A DNA stretch of 64,000 nt. It comes from Trueperaceae bacterium (GTDB lineage Bacteria > Deinococcota > Deinococci > Deinococcales > Trueperaceae). The DNA lies in assembly GCA_965213925.1 (NCBI GenBank), contig OZ243927.1, positions 2,880,001 to 2,944,000 on the forward strand, in the 5' to 3' direction. Below are positions 59,065-64,000 of the stretch, one piece after another (position 1 is the stretch's first letter; the number at the start of each line of letters is the position of its first letter). The notes under the pieces were generated by a model that had not been told where the DNA came from, searched no databases, and saw only the letters and a list, made by a program, of their open reading frames with translations. A program made the translations under genes and the position numbers.

Positions 59065-60210
59065 TTAAGGCAAGGCGCGCCCCGTCACCTGTCCGTTTGT
59101 ACCTAGCGTTCCCCTATCTTCACCGTCGACGGCGAAATTTACGCCGCCGCCGTTGCCTGTATGGACATAGACGGGCAGATCGAACGTGAGCGTTTCGCCC
59201 GCTTCGGCGGTGCCGTAGTAGAGCCGTTCGCCTTCGCCTCTGGCGGGACCCGCGTAGACCTCGAGCCAAGCCGGAGCGTCTACGATAAAGATCGCCGTGC
59301 CCTCCGCCGAGGTTGCTCCAGACGTCACTTCGTTCGTGCTAGCCGAGTTGCGCGGAGTCGCTTCTCCCGCAGAAACTGCTGTAGAGCCAACGGCAGGGCT
59401 CAGCGAGATATTGAGGTTGCGACTCCGCGTGAGGTCGATGGTTTGCTCCACGCTCCGGTAGCCCGTCATGCTCACCCGTACGGTGCGGTTCGCACCTGCG
59501 CGCACCGGCGCGTCCACTACGGGGCTCAGCGCGTCGAAGGGCAGACCGTCCACGCTCACATTCGCTCCAGGTGGCGTGGTGTTGACCGACAAGAGGATGA
59601 GGTCTGTGGGGGCAACGTCGGCGGAAGGTGCGGCGTCGGGTCTGACCGGGTCGGTGCTAGCTCCCGCGGGCGCAGTCGCCACCAAGGCCTCAGACGGTTC
59701 CGGCACCTCTTGTGCGTAAGGCGTCGGCTGAAAGAGCAGCGCGTTGAAGCCCCACAGCGCCAAGACGACCACGCCGACAACCAGCATGAGCGTCGTCGCG
59801 AAGCGCCCGAACGCGCTCACCCTCGGTCCAAGACGCTTAGAGGTGCGCCCTTGCGCCTCTTCATAGAAGGCAGCCTCGTTCGTTTCGAATTCCGCGAAAG
59901 CGGCGGGCGTCGCCACTTTCGCCGCTTTCGCCTCGGCTTTATGGGCGCGGCGCTGTTCCTGGCGGAAGACGTGCAGCATCCGCGTCACGTCCAAGCCGAC
60001 CGCTTGAGCGTAAAGACGCAGCGCTTTTTTCGCGTAGCTCGCTTCGGACAGTTCGGCGTAGTGTCCCGACTCCAGCGCGATAAGGTAGGAGCGCCTGACG
60101 TCGGTCAGCTCCACCAGGTCGTCCAGGCTCAGCCCCTTCGCCTCGCGCGCCTCAAACAAAATATCACCAAGCTGCCCGTTACCTCTTCTATTCATATTCG
60201 TACCGTCCAC
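59065..60210 (-). CDS. RodZ-like protein (HTH, TM, PEGA-like and C-terminal domains)
   Basis: LFEAREAKGLSL..YLIALESG..YAQAVGLD HTH, single TM, PPGANVSVDG, GNGGGV. Confidence 0.8.
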   Translation of the reverse strand: MDGTNMNRRGNGQLGDILFEAREAKGLSLDDLVELTDVRRSYLIALESGHYAELSEASYAKKALRLYAQAVGLDVTRMLHVFRQEQRRAHKAEAKAAKVATPAAFAEFETNEAAFYEEAQGRTSKRLGPRVSAFGRFATTLMLVVGVVVLALWGFNALLFQPTPYAQEVPEPSEALVATAPAGASTDPVRPDAAPSADVAPTDLILLSVNTTPPGANVSVDGLPFDALSPVVDAPVRAGANRTVRVSMTGYRSVEQTIDLTRSRNLNISLSPAVGSTAVSAGEATPRNSASTNEVTSGATSAEGTAIFIVDAPAWLEVYAGPARGEGERLYYGTAEAGETLTFDLPVYVHTGNGGGVNFAVDGEDRGTLGTNGQVTGRALP

Positions 60211-60315
60211 ACTGTCCGTTATAGTCTCTCGTTGCTTGCGGTTAAGAACTCGAGCTTACCACCTAAACCGCGCAGAGAGAACCCAGAGAGACCCGAGTCG
60301 GGACGATCGAACACA

Positions 60316-61257
60316 CTAAACGAGACGAACGTCGAGCGGCTTCGCTGCGAGCGCCAGCGCTACTTCGGCGGCAAGCTGCGCGTTTTCCGCTAAGAGCCTC
60401 GTGTTGACTTCTGTCGTGCGCCCACCGGAAAGCTCACCGAGCCTGGCGAGCAGATAGGGCGTCACGTCTTTACCGCTCAGCGCGCGCTCGTCCGCCTCGT
60501 CGTTCATCCCCGAAAGGGGGCGCTGCGCCTGAGCGAGCCACGTTTCGACCTCTCGAGGCTCGAGCCCTTCCGACACAGGTTTTGCAACGAGGAGCGAGGA
60601 GAGCAGATTGAGGTCTTTCGTCTCCTTGAAAAGCGCCGCCACCTCTCTCGGACTGTCACAGCGGATAGGAACATCGAAAGAGGTCTCGGGCACATGAAAG
60701 CCTGCAAGTTTATCGGTTTGATACCCCACGAGCGGCACACCCAGGCTCTCCAAACGCTCCTTCGTCGCCGCGAGGTCGAGGATGGACTTTGCCCCCGCAC
60801 AGACGACGACAACGGGATACCGCGCCAACGCTATAAGGTCAGCGGATTCGTCGTGAGGTGCGCCGCCAGCCGTTTTGTGGACGCCGCCGATGCCGCCCGT
60901 TGCGAAGACCTCAATGCCTGCTAACGCTGCCGCGTGAAGTGTCGTCGCAACTGTTGTTCCTGCATCTCGCTTTTGAGCTGAAAGTGCCGCCAAATTCCAC
61001 AAAGACGCTTTATGCGCTTGTGTGGTGGCGAGGTGCTCCAATTCGTCCTTATCCAGCCCAACGACGAGTTCGCCTGAGAGCATCCCAATCGTCGCTGGAA
61101 CCGCGCCCGCGTCACGGATGATGCGCTCCAAACGTTGCGCCAGCGCTAAGTTGTCCGGTCTCGGCAAGCCGTGAGTGATGACGGTGGACTCCAACGCGAC
61201 GACGGCTCTCTTTTCTGCTAACGCCTGTTTAACCTCTTGATGGATGCGCAGTGCCAT
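60316..61257 (-). CDS. psuG: Pseudouridine-5'-phosphate glycosidase
   Basis: VVALESTVITHGLPRPDN, TTVATT, FATGGIGGVH, GKDVTPYLL. Confidence 0.93.
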   Translation of the reverse strand: MALRIHQEVKQALAEKRAVVALESTVITHGLPRPDNLALAQRLERIIRDAGAVPATIGMLSGELVVGLDKDELEHLATTQAHKASLWNLAALSAQKRDAGTTVATTLHAAALAGIEVFATGGIGGVHKTAGGAPHDESADLIALARYPVVVVCAGAKSILDLAATKERLESLGVPLVGYQTDKLAGFHVPETSFDVPIRCDSPREVAALFKETKDLNLLSSLLVAKPVSEGLEPREVETWLAQAQRPLSGMNDEADERALSGKDVTPYLLARLGELSGGRTTEVNTRLLAENAQLAAEVALALAAKPLDVRLV

Positions 61258-61476
61258 AGGCGCATTTTACGCCTTTTCGAAGCGAGAGCGCTTCGCGCCA
61301 GACGTGACCGCACATTTTCACCAGAATCATAATGCGGTAGAGGACGTAGGGAAGACCGGTCCCTCAAATAAAGAAGGTGTATCTATGACGAGCTTCACGA
61401 GTGTTTTTCTCGAGCATTGAGAAGCCTTCGTGACACCCCTTACAGCCCTCAAATAATCCCGTGATACACTCCCTGC

Positions 61477-61824
61477 GTGGCTTCGTCATCCTCCTTTTCT
61501 CTCCCTAGCGTCGAGACCCTCGCGCCCTACGCCAGCCAACTCACCTTCGGCGGCGTGGCGGGCTTCGCGTCCGGTTACGCGCTTAAAAAAGTAGGCAAGC
61601 TCGCCGCCATCGTGCTCGGCTTGCTCTTTATCGGTATTCAGGTACTCGTTTATGTCGGCGTGGCTGAGGTGGACTGGTTGCGCATCCAAGAGAGCGTCAA
61701 CCCGCTGCTCAGCCCTGAAGCGCTCAACAAAGCGTGGCGCAACCTCATCAAACTTCTAACGGGCAATGTACCCTTTGCGGCGGCGTTTGTACCCGGGTTT
61801 CTACTTGGTTTCCAGCGCGGTTAA
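61477..61824 (+). CDS. FUN14-domain membrane protein
   Basis: GGVAGFASGYALKKVGK, VDW, GFLLG; leaderless TACACT-6nt-GTG. Confidence 0.85.
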   Translation: MASSSSFSLPSVETLAPYASQLTFGGVAGFASGYALKKVGKLAAIVLGLLFIGIQVLVYVGVAEVDWLRIQESVNPLLSPEALNKAWRNLIKLLTGNVPFAAAFVPGFLLGFQRG

Positions 61825-61978
61825 ATAGCAGGTATACCCGCTAAAGCAGGGCACAGGTAATCTGGTCACGCACACTCTAAATGGTTTCAGGACTGCTTTA
61901 GCTCGAACGCTCATAAATTAGATTTCACCTGCGCGGCTCAACCGCATCCGCCACCGAACGCTATTCTGGCTCACGGTT

Positions 61979-61999
61979 CTTGAGCGAGCATGACTCAAG
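61979..61999 (+). promoter_or_regulatory. HAIR-like operator (HspR)
   Basis: CTTGAGC-N7-ACTCAAG versus consensus CTTGAGT-N7-ACTCAAG. Confidence 0.8.
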
Positions 62000-62003
62000 G
62001 GAC

Positions 62004-62032
62004 TTGACAAAGAGCTAGATTTTTCATATTAT
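62004..62032 (+). promoter_or_regulatory. groESL promoter
   Basis: TTGACA - 17 nt - TATTAT. Confidence 0.85.
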
Positions 62033-62041
62033 GCGAAGCAG

Positions 62042-62068
62042 TTAGCACTCAGCAGGTGTGAGTGCTAA
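62042..62068 (+). promoter_or_regulatory. CIRCE element (HrcA operator)
   Basis: Perfect TTAGCACTC-N9-GAGTGCTAA. Confidence 0.95.
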
Positions 62069-62113
62069 AAAAATGCCAAAACACACATCAGCAGAAGTAT
62101 TGAGGAGGCCAGA

Positions 62114-62401
62114 ATGACACTCAAACCCTTAGGCGACAAAGTCGTAGTCGAAGTCATCGACGAGCCACAGACCACCGCGAGCGGCATCGTTTTGCCCGAC
62201 ACGGCCAAAGAGAAGAGCCAGCGCGGTAAAGTCGTTGCAGTTGGTAGCGGTAAGCTCCTAGACAGCGGCGAGCGCATCAACCTAGAGGTCAGCGAGGGCG
62301 ACACCGTCGTGTTTGCCAAGTACGGCGGCACCGAGATCAGCTTAGACGGTAAAGACCTCATGATCTTGAGCGAGCGTGACATCCACGCAGTCGTAGCCTA
62401 A
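62114..62401 (+). CDS. groES: Co-chaperonin GroES
   Basis: [30 protein letters not shown]. Confidence 0.98.
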   Translation: MTLKPLGDKVVVEVIDEPQTTASGIVLPDTAKEKSQRGKVVAVGSGKLLDSGERINLEVSEGDTVVFAKYGGTEISLDGKDLMILSERDIHAVVA

Positions 62402-62402
62402 A

Positions 62403-62531
62403 AGCATGTCAGCTAGTCAGCGTGTCAGGAAAACCTCAAGTGCTGACACAGGTGATCGCTAAAAGCGACGCGCGTAAGCCTCCGAAGGAACGGTTTTCAA
62501 CCGTAATCTGTTGCTGACTAGCTGACATGCT
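62403..62531. repeat. MITE/REP-like element between groES and groEL
   Basis: Perfect 19-bp inverted ends AGCATGTCAGCTAGTCAGC / GCTGACTAGCTGACATGCT. Confidence 0.65.
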
Positions 62532-62578
62532 CTACCCACCCAACCTCTTAAATTCAATCCTCTCGTTAGAAGGAGTAA

Positions 62579-64000
<1,422 letters not shown>

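Noticed and set aside
59161..60393. 410-aa plus-strand ORF (and similar shadow ORFs)
   Set aside because: Antisense to the RodZ-like gene, Arg-rich and without motifs; typical of high-GC codon bias.

Overview
Bacterial chromosomal window of moderately high GC. Gene content and widespread leaderless promoters (-10 hexamer, 6-7 nt, start codon) suggest Deinococcota, possibly Truepera-like (inference). Core-like parts: an internalin-like LRR surface protein (5'-truncated), dxr, DUF1800/DUF1501, three tRNAs (Ser-TGA, Ser-GCT, Arg-ACG), yejABEF, a two-component system, dprA, a maltodextrin cluster (malZ, malEFG), a frameshifted LOV-GGDEF-EAL gene, an ArsR operon, rodZ-like, psuG and groES-groEL with both CIRCE and HAIR operators. 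Accessory region 1 (about 8-21 kb) follows tRNA-Arg: tyrosine integrase, primase and AAA helicase, decayed IS5/IS630, a glycosylation triad and a VbhA/Fic module. Accessory region 2 (34.6-40.3 kb) holds the main discovery: just downstream of two type IV pilin genes, six 0.5-1.1 kb cassettes, each carrying a different toxin-antitoxin module, are delimited by seven direct copies of a ~50-120 bp repeat. The repeat contains a terminator-like hairpin, an extended -10 leaderless promoter, an ATG and the first codons of an antitoxin. It is an integron-like array without attC sites or an adjacent integrase. A family of very small (20-65 bp) hairpin insertion elements is also visible inside genes.
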